This document shows, one piece after another, positions 55,470-64,000 of a stretch of 64,000 nucleotides of DNA. The DNA comes from Treponemataceae bacterium. Its GTDB lineage: Bacteria; Spirochaetota; Spirochaetia; Treponematales; Rectinemataceae. The notes under the pieces are model-generated. The model was not told the DNA's origin. It saw nothing but the letters and a program-made list of their open reading frames with translations, and searched no databases. Location: contig CAXXVZ010000005.1 in the NCBI GenBank assembly GCA_963678065.2, positions 256,001 to 320,000 on the forward strand, in the 5' to 3' direction. A program made the position numbers and the translations under genes. The number at the start of each line of letters is the position of its first letter. Positions within the stretch are counted from its first letter, which is position 1.

Positions 55470-56734
55470 ATGTGCGGATCGCCCTCGTGGGCACGGGGGC
55501 GATGGCGGAATACCACGTCAGGAAATTTTCGGCCATCCCGGGCGTCTCCATTCCGGCCTGCGCCGACCACCGGAGCAGCAGGGCGGAGGCCTTCGCGGCG
55601 AAATACGGAATTCCCCTCAGGTACGACAGGATCGACGCCCTGCTCGACGCGGCAGATCGCCGTGCCGGTCCGGAAGACTCCGGGCCAGGTCCTGGAATCG
55701 ACGCGATATCCTGCGCGGTCGTGGACAGCCACCATCCGAGGATCGCCATAGCCTGCCTGAAGCGCGGCCATCCGCTCTTCTGCGAAAAGCCGATGGCCCG
55801 CAGCCTCGCCGAGGCGGCGACAATGGCCGCGGCCGCGGAGTCGGCGGGAACGGCGCGGGAAAGTTCCTGCGGTCACTCACCGCTTCCCGTGGTCATCAAT
55901 TTCTCCAAACGCAATGCCCCCGCCCTCGTCGCCCTCGCAGAGCTCGTCAGAGGAGGCAGGCTCGGCCGCATCGAGGAGATCGACGCATCCTACCTGCAGG
56001 GCTGGCTGGTGACCGGCGCCTGGGGCGACTGGCGAAGCTCGACGACCCGGCGCTGGCGCCTTTCGCCGACAGAGAGCACGGCGGGGGTCCTCGGCGACCT
56101 GGGAAGCCATCTCGTCGACGCGATTCTGGCCGTGACCGGGGGAAAAATCGTCGATCCTGTCCTGGAGGATTCTCTGGCCTTCACGGAGGCCTACGCGCGC
56201 GGGATGCTCGGCCCCGCCCACGAATCCGACGCAGACGACCCCCTCCTCGGCCCGCGGAACATCCTCCCCGGGCAGTGGAATATCTCTCCCGAGCGACAGG
56301 ATAGATCCGAGGGCTCACCCTGCCCCGCCCTCGTCGAGTTCTCCGCGCAGGCCACGCTTTCCGGCGGCGGGACAGCGCGGATCAGGGCAAGCTGCGTCGA
56401 CCCCGACTCCGTCGACGCATTCTCTGTCGCGGTCCGGGGGGAACTTGGAATGGCGTCGCTCGATCTCAGGCGATCCCGGACGGCAGTCAGGCTCGAAACG
56501 GAGCGAGGAGAGGAGTGGGTCGAGGGTGCGCGTCTGCCCTCGACCTACGAAGCCTTCATAGCCCTCGTCCAGGAGAGGAGTGCCGGCGGCCCAGGCAGAC
56601 CGGCGGGCGTGGATCTGCCGGCATGGATGCGCAGCTGGTCGGCGCCCTCATTCCGGGAAGGGCTCGAAGTGCAGAGGCTGTTCGAGAGTCTCATGGATCA
56701 GGCGCGGGCGCGCCACGGGGGAGCCCATGAGTGA
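55466..56734 (+). CDS. Gfo/Idh/MocA family oxidoreductase
   Basis: VGTGAMA, CEKP, YLQGW, GDLGSH. Confidence 0.85.
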   Translation: MNVRIALVGTGAMAEYHVRKFSAIPGVSIPACADHRSSRAEAFAAKYGIPLRYDRIDALLDAADRRAGPEDSGPGPGIDAISCAVVDSHHPRIAIACLKRGHPLFCEKPMARSLAEAATMAAAAESAGTARESSCGHSPLPVVINFSKRNAPALVALAELVRGGRLGRIEEIDASYLQGWLVTGAWGDWRSSTTRRWRLSPTESTAGVLGDLGSHLVDAILAVTGGKIVDPVLEDSLAFTEAYARGMLGPAHESDADDPLLGPRNILPGQWNISPERQDRSEGSPCPALVEFSAQATLSGGGTARIRASCVDPDSVDAFSVAVRGELGMASLDLRRSRTAVRLETERGEEWVEGARLPSTYEAFIALVQERSAGGPGRPAGVDLPAWMRSWSAPSFREGLEVQRLFESLMDQARARHGGAHE

Positions 56735-57692
56735 TATCCGCGTCGGAACCCTGGTGAAGGGGCTCGGGAATCCGGCCGCCGCGATCGCGTCGCTCTCGCC
56801 CGCCGGCTTCGAATCCTGGTCGATCATGTTCTGGGAAACGATCGGAGAGGGCGATCTTTCCCGCCTCGCGGATGAAATCCTTGCGGCCATCGGGAGCGCG
56901 CCCGAACTTCCGGGCGGAGGCCGGGCCGTCGTCAGCAGCCTCTCGATCTACGGAAACCCCCTCCGGGACGACGAGACGGGCGAAGAAATCAGGCGCTCGT
57001 GGCGGGCCCTCATAGACACTGCGCCTCGGTTCGCGACTTCGGCGCTTGCCTCGGCGGCGCCTCGGTTCGCGGAGGGCGGGCGGAACATTCCCCTCGTGTC
57101 CGGTTTCGCGGGAAGAATCGCGGGCGCGGGCGTGGAGGCCTCTCTGGGCCCCTGGCGGGAACTGTTCTCTGACCTCGCGGGACAGGCCGCGGGCCGGGAC
57201 GTCAGGCTCGCCTTCGAAAACTGCAGGATGGGCGATACCTGGAAAACCGGAAAGTGGAATATCGCCATAAATCCCGATGCCTGGGAACTCATGTTCGGCG
57301 CCCTCGGCGCGGAAAACATCGGACTCGAATGGGAGCCCTGCCACCAGGTCGAGGCCCTGGCCTCTCCTCTGCCTCAGCTCGGGGCATGGGCCCGCAGAAT
57401 TTTCCATGTGCACGGAAAAGACTCGCGCATAGACCGCGCCCTCCTCGCGGAGCGCGGTCTGTACGGAAAGAAAAAGTTCCACGCATCCTGCTTTCCGGGC
57501 AATGGGGACACGGATTGGCGGGCTGTTTTCCGCCTCCTCGAATCCTCGGGCTACCGTGGAACCGTGGACGTCGAGGGCTGGAACGACGACGAATGGTCGG
57601 GCGAGCGTGAGATCGAGGGGCAGACGAGGGCTCTCGCCCACCTGAGGGCCGCCCGGGCGGGCGATTCCTCCGCCTCCAGTGATCCGATTTGA
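56727..57692 (+). CDS. Sugar phosphate isomerase/epimerase TIM barrel
   Basis: FENC, GLEWEPCH, HVHGKD, VEG. Confidence 0.83.
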   Translation: MSDIRVGTLVKGLGNPAAAIASLSPAGFESWSIMFWETIGEGDLSRLADEILAAIGSAPELPGGGRAVVSSLSIYGNPLRDDETGEEIRRSWRALIDTAPRFATSALASAAPRFAEGGRNIPLVSGFAGRIAGAGVEASLGPWRELFSDLAGQAAGRDVRLAFENCRMGDTWKTGKWNIAINPDAWELMFGALGAENIGLEWEPCHQVEALASPLPQLGAWARRIFHVHGKDSRIDRALLAERGLYGKKKFHASCFPGNGDTDWRAVFRLLESSGYRGTVDVEGWNDDEWSGEREIEGQTRALAHLRAARAGDSSASSDPI

Positions 57693-57724
57693 CTCCGCCG
57701 GCCTCCAGAGCTTATGCTCATCGC

Positions 57725-58600
57725 ATGATACCAAGACTTCCATTCGGCCGGACAGGCCATGAGTCATCGCGCCTTCTTTTCGGCGCCGCTGCCCTCGCGA
57801 AAGTGAGCGAGGCCGACGCGGACAGGACACTCGGCCTCGTCCTCGACGCCGGCGTAAACCACCTCGACACCGCGGCGAGCTACGGACAGGCCGAGGAACG
57901 GATGGGCCCTTGGCTTTCCGCCCACCGCAACGAGGTTTTCCTCGCGACCAAGACGGAGCGACGGACGAAATCCGAGGCCATCGCCGAACTCGAGCGCTCG
58001 CTGCGGCTCCTGCGCACCGACCACGTCGACCTCTGGCAGATGCATGTTCTCGTGAGGGAAGACGAGTGGGAGACCGCCATGGGAGAGGGCGGAGCGCTCG
58101 AGGCCTTCGTCGAAGCCAGGCGCCGCGGCCTCGTCCGCTTTCTCGGGGTGACCGGCCACGGCAAGGCCGCGCCTTCCATGCACTTGCGCAGCCTCGACGA
58201 ATTCGACTTCGATTCGGTCCTCTTTCCCTGGAACTGGCAGCTCTCGGGGGACCCCGCCTACGCGGCGGCGGCGCGTACACTCGTCCACGTCTGTCGCAGG
58301 CGGGGCGTCGCGGTCCAGCTCATCAAGGCCTTCTGCCGCCGCCCCTGGGGCGACCGTCCCCGTACCCACCCGACCTGGTACGAGCCGATAGAAGAGCCCG
58401 CCGACATCGCGCGGGCCCTCGGCTGGGCCTGGCAGGTTCCGGGAGCATTCGTCAACAGCGCGGGTGACATCGACCTTCTTCCCTCGATCATCGACGCAGC
58501 ATCCGGCCAGACCCCCGGGGCCGACGAGGACAACGGACCCGACGACGAGGCCATGGCGGAGATGGCATCGCGCCTCGGAATGGAGGATCTCTTCGCGTGA
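57725..58600 (+). CDS. Aldo/keto reductase
   Basis: FGRTG, DTAASYG, ATK, DLWQMH, GVTGH. Confidence 0.88.
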   Translation: MIPRLPFGRTGHESSRLLFGAAALAKVSEADADRTLGLVLDAGVNHLDTAASYGQAEERMGPWLSAHRNEVFLATKTERRTKSEAIAELERSLRLLRTDHVDLWQMHVLVREDEWETAMGEGGALEAFVEARRRGLVRFLGVTGHGKAAPSMHLRSLDEFDFDSVLFPWNWQLSGDPAYAAAARTLVHVCRRRGVAVQLIKAFCRRPWGDRPRTHPTWYEPIEEPADIARALGWAWQVPGAFVNSAGDIDLLPSIIDAASGQTPGADEDNGPDDEAMAEMASRLGMEDLFA

Positions 58601-59997
58601 GTCAGGATGGGACAATCCTCCTCTGTGCGATAAACGCGAAATGGATACACCCTTCCCTCGCCCTGCGCCTCCTCGCGGCCAACCTCGGGAATCTGGAGCC
58701 TCGCGCGAGGATACTCGAGTTCACCCTGAGGCAGCCTGTCTTGCAAAAAACCGAGGCCATCCTCGCCGCGCACCCTGAAATACTGGCCCTGTCCGTGTCC
58801 ATCTGGAACCACGCGGCTACGCTCGAACTTCTTCGGGAACTGCGCGCCCGCTGGAAGGAATCCGGACTGAAGCCCCCGACGGTGATTCTGGGAGGGCCCG
58901 AGATCTCGAACCTTCCTGATGCGGCCCCTCTCGCCGGGGAGGCCGACTGGGTGCTGCGAGGAGAGGGCGAACACGCCTTCCGCGAGCTGTGCGCGGCCAT
59001 TCTCGAAGGTCGCCTTCCGGTCGCCGGCGGCGCGATCAGCGCAGTCGGTGGGCGCTTCGTCGAGGCGGCCCCCGTCGCCCCCGAGTCGATACGGACGGGG
59101 TACGCTCTCTACACCGATGAGGACCTTGGCCGCAAACTCAGCTATGTCGAGGCCTCCCGGGGCTGCCCCTTCGGCTGCGAGTTCTGCCTGAGTTCCCTGG
59201 ACAGAAGCGTCCGCAATTTTCCCCTCGATCCCTTTCTCCGCGAGATGGAGGGGTTGATCGGGCGCGGCACCCGCACATTCAAATTCCTTGACCGCAGCTT
59301 CAACCTCGACATCGATCGCGCCCGCGCGATTCTGGAATTTTTCCTCGCGAGGATGAGGCCGGGACTCTGCGTCCACTTCGAGATGGTTCCATCCCGCTTC
59401 CCCGATGGACTGCGCGAGGTGCTGACGCGCTTTCCGCCGGATTCGCTCCGCCTTGAGGTCGGCATCCAGACCTTGAATCCCGCAGTCGCGGCGACGATCG
59501 GCCGCCCTTCCGATCCCGCGCGGGAGCTGGAAACCCTCGTTTTCCTCGGGCAAAGGACGAATGCCACCGTGCACGCCGATCTCATCGCCGGGCTCCCGGG
59601 GGAGAGCTTCGATTCCTTCGCGCGCGGATTCGACCTCCTGTGGTCCGCAAGGCCTTCGGAAATCCAGCTCGGCATCCTCAAGCGCCTGCCCGGGACGCCG
59701 ATCGCCCGGCACGACCTCCCCTTCGGAATGCACTATTCGCCCGATCCACCCTACGAGGTCATCGCGAGCGCCGCCATGGACGAGACCGGGCTGGGCGCGC
59801 TGAAGAATTTCGCGCGGTTCTGGGAGCTCATCGTGAACCGCGGACACTTCGACGATCTCGTTCCCCGGCTTCTGCCCGAGGGCGGGGCCGCGTTCGGGCG
59901 ATTTCTCGGAATCGCCGACGCGCTCGTCGGAAGGTTCGGCCGGAACTGGGGTATCGACCGGAAGGAACTCCGCGCCGCATTGGAGGGGATGTCGTGA
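58597..59997 (+). CDS. B12-binding radical SAM protein (DUF4080-type)
   Basis: INAKWIH, LGGPE, SRGCPFGCEFCLSS, FLDRSFN, DLIAGLP. Confidence 0.88.
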   Translation: MSQDGTILLCAINAKWIHPSLALRLLAANLGNLEPRARILEFTLRQPVLQKTEAILAAHPEILALSVSIWNHAATLELLRELRARWKESGLKPPTVILGGPEISNLPDAAPLAGEADWVLRGEGEHAFRELCAAILEGRLPVAGGAISAVGGRFVEAAPVAPESIRTGYALYTDEDLGRKLSYVEASRGCPFGCEFCLSSLDRSVRNFPLDPFLREMEGLIGRGTRTFKFLDRSFNLDIDRARAILEFFLARMRPGLCVHFEMVPSRFPDGLREVLTRFPPDSLRLEVGIQTLNPAVAATIGRPSDPARELETLVFLGQRTNATVHADLIAGLPGESFDSFARGFDLLWSARPSEIQLGILKRLPGTPIARHDLPFGMHYSPDPPYEVIASAAMDETGLGALKNFARFWELIVNRGHFDDLVPRLLPEGGAAFGRFLGIADALVGRFGRNWGIDRKELRAALEGMS

Positions 59998-60067
59998 AAA
60001 CCGACGATCCGACTCTGGCTCTGCCATCCGGGCCATGGGATAATGCACTGCAATGAGGAGTAGGACC

Positions 60068-60535
60068 ATGAAAAAAACCGGATTCTTCATCCGCCCATTC
60101 ACGCTGTTCCTGACATCGGCACTTGTCGCTCTCGTATTCTGCGCGCCGGCACCGGTTTCGGCGGAGGCTTACGCCTCGGCCGTCCTCGTCAGGCCCCTGC
60201 TCGTGACTACGGTCACCGGCAACGGAACGCCTATAGATTATCCCGACACGGACAAGGAAGAAATCACTGTCGCCGAGGTCACCCTGAATCCCGGCGCCGA
60301 GACCGGGTGGCACACGCACGCGAATCCGGTCTACGCCTACGTGCTTTCCGGGACGCTGGCCGTGGACTACGCCGACGGGACGGGGCGGACCTTCGCGACC
60401 GGAGAGGCCGTCATCGAAGTCGTCAATGCACCCCACAACGGAAGAGCCGTCGGCGCGGAAGCGGTCAAACTCATCGTTTTCTACACGGGAATACAGGGAA
60501 AGCCCAACTCGGAAAAAGTGGCGGCCTCAAAGTAA
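60068..60535 (+). CDS. Exported cupin-domain protein
   Basis: Signal peptide; GWHTH...YVLSG...E...H cupin motif. Confidence 0.85.
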   Translation: MKKTGFFIRPFTLFLTSALVALVFCAPAPVSAEAYASAVLVRPLLVTTVTGNGTPIDYPDTDKEEITVAEVTLNPGAETGWHTHANPVYAYVLSGTLAVDYADGTGRTFATGEAVIEVVNAPHNGRAVGAEAVKLIVFYTGIQGKPNSEKVAASK

Positions 60536-60603
60536 GGAAAAGTCGGCGGCCCGTGCCGATAGCTCTTCTGGACACTCATGGAATGAATCGGTAGGCTCGA
60601 AGT

Positions 60604-60627
60604 CTCCGGACCCGGTCGGGTCCGGAG
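60604..60627. terminator. Perfect 10-bp hairpin downstream of the cupin gene
   Basis: CTCCGGACCC-GGTC-GGGTCCGGAG. Confidence 0.45.
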
Positions 60628-60665
60628 GGCCGGAGTTTCCGGTTTTCCATCCCACAATTACAGTC

Positions 60666-60765
60666 TTCTCCGAGTCCCCGGAACCTGCCCCGCCGTGCCG
60701 GAATGGCCCTGGGACCGATGGGCCGCGCGCGAAAGCCCGCGACCTCCCGTGTTTGGAAAGGAGAA
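60666..60765 (+). ncRNA. Moco/Wco (molybdenum/tungsten cofactor) riboswitch-type leader lacking P3
   Basis: P1 TTCTCC/GGAGAA sequesters the SD; CTCCGAG start; P2 GTCCC...ACCTG...ATGG...GGGAC; GAAA-capped P4; signature CCTCCCGTGTTTGGAAAGGAG. Confidence 0.8.
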
Positions 60766-60768
60766 ATC

Positions 60769-62406
60769 ATGAACGAAACTATCTGCGGACTGCCGCCGCC
60801 GACAAACGCGACACCGCTCGCGTACGCGCCCGGAAGCCGCGAACGCGACTCGATCCGGGTCGAGCTTGACCGCGCCCTCGCCGCTTTGGTCGAAATTCCT
60901 GCCATCATCGGAGGAAAGGAAGTCTACACCGGCCGCATAAAACCGGTCCTCTGCCCCCACGACCGGACGAAGATCATCGCCCACTTCCATGAGGCGCGAC
61001 CGGAGGATGTCCGGGACGCGATCGAGGCCGCCTCGCGCGCGAAGGCCGAGTGGGAAGCCGTGGACTGGAGGGAACGCGCCGCGATATTCCGGCGCGCGGC
61101 CTCCCTCATCTGCGGCGAGCGTCGATTCGAACTGAACGCCGCGACGATGCTCGGCCAGTCGAAGAGCGTCTACCAGGCCGAGATCGACGCGGTCTGCGAG
61201 TCCGCCGACTTCTTCCGGCACTACGGCGGCTTCATGAAACGCATCTTCGAGGAACAGCCGGCGAGCCTTCCCGACGAGTGGAACCACCTCGAGTACAGGG
61301 CCCTCGAGGGCTTCATCTACGCGATTTCACCCTTCAATTTCACCGCCATCGGGGCGAACCTCGCCGCGGCTCCCGCCGTCATGGGGAACACCGTGATCTG
61401 GAAGCCTGCGACCGCCGCGGTCCTGTCGAACTACCTCCTCATGCGGATCTACCGCGAGGCGGGGCTGCCCGGGGGCGTGATCAACTTCCTCCCCGGCCAA
61501 GGCAGCGTCACGAGCGGAGGTCTCCTGCCCCACAGGGACTTCGCGGGACTCCACTTCACCGGCTCGAACCAGGTATTCGATTCCCTCCAGCGCGACATCG
61601 CCGCGGGGCTCGGGAACTACCGCAGCTATCCCCGCGTAGTGGGCGAAACCGGCGGAAAGGATTTCGCCCTCGTCCACCCTTCCGCCGACCCTGAGGTCGT
61701 CGTCGCACAGGCGATACGGGGGGCCTTCGAGTATCAGGGGCAGAAGTGCTCGGCCTTGTCGAGAATCTACATTCCCGCGTCGATGAAGGCATCGGTCCTC
61801 GACAGACTCGTCGAGGAGACCAGGACCATCAGGACCGGCGATGTCCGCGACTTCGGCGCATTCATGAACGCGGTGATCGACGGCGCGGCCTACGAATCGA
61901 TCATGGGCTACATCGAGCGGGCAAAAGCCTCGGCCTCATGCCGCATTCTCGCGGGAGGCAAGGGGGATTCCTCGGTCGGCTGGTTCATCGAGCCGACGAT
62001 CATCCTCGCGGAAGATCCCCGCGCGGAGTCGATGAGTTCGGAGATATTCGGCCCGGTCCTGACAGTGCACGTGTACGACGACAGCCGCGCGGAGGAGATC
62101 TTCGATCTGATCGATTCGACCTCGCCCTACGCGCTCACGGGAGCGTTCTTCGCGAGGGACAGGAAGGCGATCGAGCTGGCTCAGGCGAGACTCAGGAACG
62201 CCGCGGGGAATTTCTACATCAATGACAAACCGACGGGGGCCATCGTCGGGCGCCAGCCCTTCGGCGGCGCGCGGAGGTCGGGCAGCAACGATAAGTCGGG
62301 AGCTTCCCTGAACCTTCTGCGGTGGACGAGCCCGAGGGCGGTGAAGGAAAACTTTGCGCCGCTCCGTGAATGGCGCTATCCGTACATGAGGCCGGAAACC
62401 GACTGA
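60769..62406 (+). CDS. pruA: L-glutamate gamma-semialdehyde (P5C) dehydrogenase
   Basis: TMLGQSK, SPFNFTAIG, HFTGS, GETGGK, FEYQGQKCSA, EIFGP, NFYINDKPTGA. Confidence 0.93.
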   Translation: MNETICGLPPPTNATPLAYAPGSRERDSIRVELDRALAALVEIPAIIGGKEVYTGRIKPVLCPHDRTKIIAHFHEARPEDVRDAIEAASRAKAEWEAVDWRERAAIFRRAASLICGERRFELNAATMLGQSKSVYQAEIDAVCESADFFRHYGGFMKRIFEEQPASLPDEWNHLEYRALEGFIYAISPFNFTAIGANLAAAPAVMGNTVIWKPATAAVLSNYLLMRIYREAGLPGGVINFLPGQGSVTSGGLLPHRDFAGLHFTGSNQVFDSLQRDIAAGLGNYRSYPRVVGETGGKDFALVHPSADPEVVVAQAIRGAFEYQGQKCSALSRIYIPASMKASVLDRLVEETRTIRTGDVRDFGAFMNAVIDGAAYESIMGYIERAKASASCRILAGGKGDSSVGWFIEPTIILAEDPRAESMSSEIFGPVLTVHVYDDSRAEEIFDLIDSTSPYALTGAFFARDRKAIELAQARLRNAAGNFYINDKPTGAIVGRQPFGGARRSGSNDKSGASLNLLRWTSPRAVKENFAPLREWRYPYMRPETD

Positions 62407-62461
62407 CCGGCCCGGGACGGCCGGACAGGACCGTGATGGGGCGGTGCCCGGACGGGGTGGT

Positions 62462-62504
62462 CGGGGCCGGAGGCAAAGGCTCTCCGGGCTCCGGCCCCGT
62501 TTTT
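62462..62504 (+). terminator. Rho-independent terminator
   Basis: CGGGGCCGGAG...CTCCGGCCCCG followed by TTTTT. Confidence 0.7.
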
Positions 62505-62527
62505 CCTGGCAGTTCCCCTCCGCCGCG

Positions 62528-64000
62528 CTACTCGTCGTGCTCAGCCATGTAGTTCGCGGAGAGCGGAGAACGGAAGCGGAGGAAGAGTATCCCGACGATC
62601 GCGAGGTTGACGATGGAGGCCGCGGCGAAGCGGTTCCAGGCGGGAGATCCCGACGCGACCGAACCTACGTAGCTGTGGAGTTTGACACCTATCGTGTACA
62701 TCGAATCGTCGCCCAGGAACAGCAGCGGCACGAGAAACCCGTTCCAGGCCGCGAGAAAGGCTATCATCGCGGAGGTCGCGACGGCGGGCATGGCCAGCGG
62801 CAGGACGATCCGGAAAAACCGCGTGAACGCGGAAGCCCCCTCGAGCTCGGCCGCCTCTTCCAGTCCGGAAGGCAGCTTTTCCAGGAAGGCGGAGGTGGTA
62901 AAGAGGGAAAAAGGCGCGGCGTGGAAGAGATAGACGATCACGATGGGGATGTACGATTCGAGGAGCCCGAGGCTCCGGAACAGCACGTAGAGAGGGATGA
63001 GCGAGTGCATGCCGCCCGCCGCGCCGAGGGCCTGGATGCCCGCGAAAATTCCGGCCTTTCTGCCCGCGGAGAATGAGCGCAGCCTGAACGCGGCAGGGAG
63101 GACAAAGAAGGAAATGAGAAAGGCCGAGACCGCCGAGACGCCGAGGGTGTTGAGGAAGGCCCGGCCGAGGCCGTCTTCGGCGAAGATGAGGCGGAAATTG
63201 TCTGCCGTGAAAAACCTCGGAATCGCGGCATCGATGTAGGTCGAGGATAATCCGGAGAAGGAGAGCCAGAGCACCGCGTAGACCGCGAGGGCGCTCGAAA
63301 GAGCGACGAGTCCCGCGAGGGCGAGCCGGAAGGATTGCAGAACGAGGTCGCGAAAGCGGCCGGCCAGCGCAGACAGGGCCGCAGCCGGGAAGGCCCGCGG
63401 CGAAAGCCGGGACTTCGCCGGGCCCCCGATCGATCCGGACCGGGCCGAGCGCGCAAAGGCGAACCTCAGAGCGACGGCCGCAGCCACGATGCACAGGATG
63501 GCCGCCGCGAGGACGGCCGCGTAGGCGGCAGGGATGCCGTAATCGTCCGAAGCCCGGAAAAGATCGTACAGATAGACCTCGAGCGTCGTCGTCGCCCCGA
63601 CTACCGTGCGCCCGGTTATGCCGGACAAAAGGGGCGGCCCGCCCGCGGTGAGGAGAAAGGGGACGTTGAACTCCTTGAGCGCCTTCACGAAGCCGAGGGC
63701 GGCCACGGCGAGGAGGCTACCGGCCACCTGGGGGAAGTAGACCCGCGCCGAAAGGATCCCCGCGCCAGCCCCGTCGATGCGGGCAGCCTCTATCGTTCCC
63801 TTGGGAATCTTGCGCAGGGCCCCGTAGATGACGAAGACGGCCGCGGGCACGTTGAGCCAGGCGTCCACGAAGAGGGCCGCGGCGAAAGAGGCGGCCGGAT
63901 CGGTGAGAAGGTTCACGCGTATGCCGAAGAGGAAGTACAAGAGGGAATCACCCCCCGCTCCGTGGATGAGCATGCGCCAGACGGGCACGGCTATGAAGGC
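62528..64000 (-). CDS. Carbohydrate ABC permease with two fused permease domains (5' end outside the window)
   Basis: Two EAA loops in one frame: TIEAARIDGAG and LEEAAELEGAS. Confidence 0.85.
   Translation of the reverse strand, partial: AFIAVPVWRMLIHGAGGDSLLYFLFGIRVNLLTDPAASFAAALFVDAWLNVPAAVFVIYGALRKIPKGTIEAARIDGAGAGILSARVYFPQVAGSLLAVAALGFVKALKEFNVPFLLTAGGPPLLSGITGRTVVGATTTLEVYLYDLFRASDDYGIPAAYAAVLAAAILCIVAAAVALRFAFARSARSGSIGGPAKSRLSPRAFPAAALSALAGRFRDLVLQSFRLALAGLVALSSALAVYAVLWLSFSGLSSTYIDAAIPRFFTADNFRLIFAEDGLGRAFLNTLGVSAVSAFLISFFVLPAAFRLRSFSAGRKAGIFAGIQALGAAGGMHSLIPLYVLFRSLGLLESYIPIVIVYLFHAAPFSLFTTSAFLEKLPSGLEEAAELEGASAFTRFFRIVLPLAMPAVATSAMIAFLAAWNGFLVPLLFLGDDSMYTIGVKLHSYVGSVASGSPAWNRFAAASIVNLAIVGILFLRFRSPLSANYMAEHDE

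Overview
GC-rich bacterial chromosomal window. The gene set suggests an anaerobic free-living spirochaete, but this is inference. No CRISPR array, rRNA, transposase or prophage gene was recognised. From left to right the window holds: the 5' end of an oligopeptide permease; a 4-gene thiol operon (small membrane-anchored protein ending in Cys-Pro, exported tandem thioredoxin-fold CxxT protein, cystine symporter TcyP, CoA-disulfide reductase); the ilvN-leuA-cimA-leuC-leuD-leuB-ilvB operon; a long GlmS split by a 1-nt frameshift; type II PanK, galU, an MFS transporter, tRNA-Val(CAC) and proS; a Spy/CpxP-ECF sigma-anti-sigma module; a GH2 beta-galactosidase; a CHASE hybrid kinase with a REC-GGDEF partner; assorted housekeeping genes; a large, probably LacI-controlled sugar cluster rich in redox/elimination-type enzymes; P5C dehydrogenase behind a Moco/Wco-type riboswitch; and a fused double ABC permease. 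Best leads: (1) the thiol operon, a possible tethered-cysteine extracytoplasmic disulfide/cystine salvage system; (2) a P3-less Moco/Wco riboswitch in front of a non-Mo/W NAD-dependent dehydrogenase; (3) a putative 3-keto-glycoside catabolic cluster with an atypical ene-reductase; (4) recurrent leaderless promoter architecture; (5) palindromic or duplicated in-frame insertions in housekeeping proteins.
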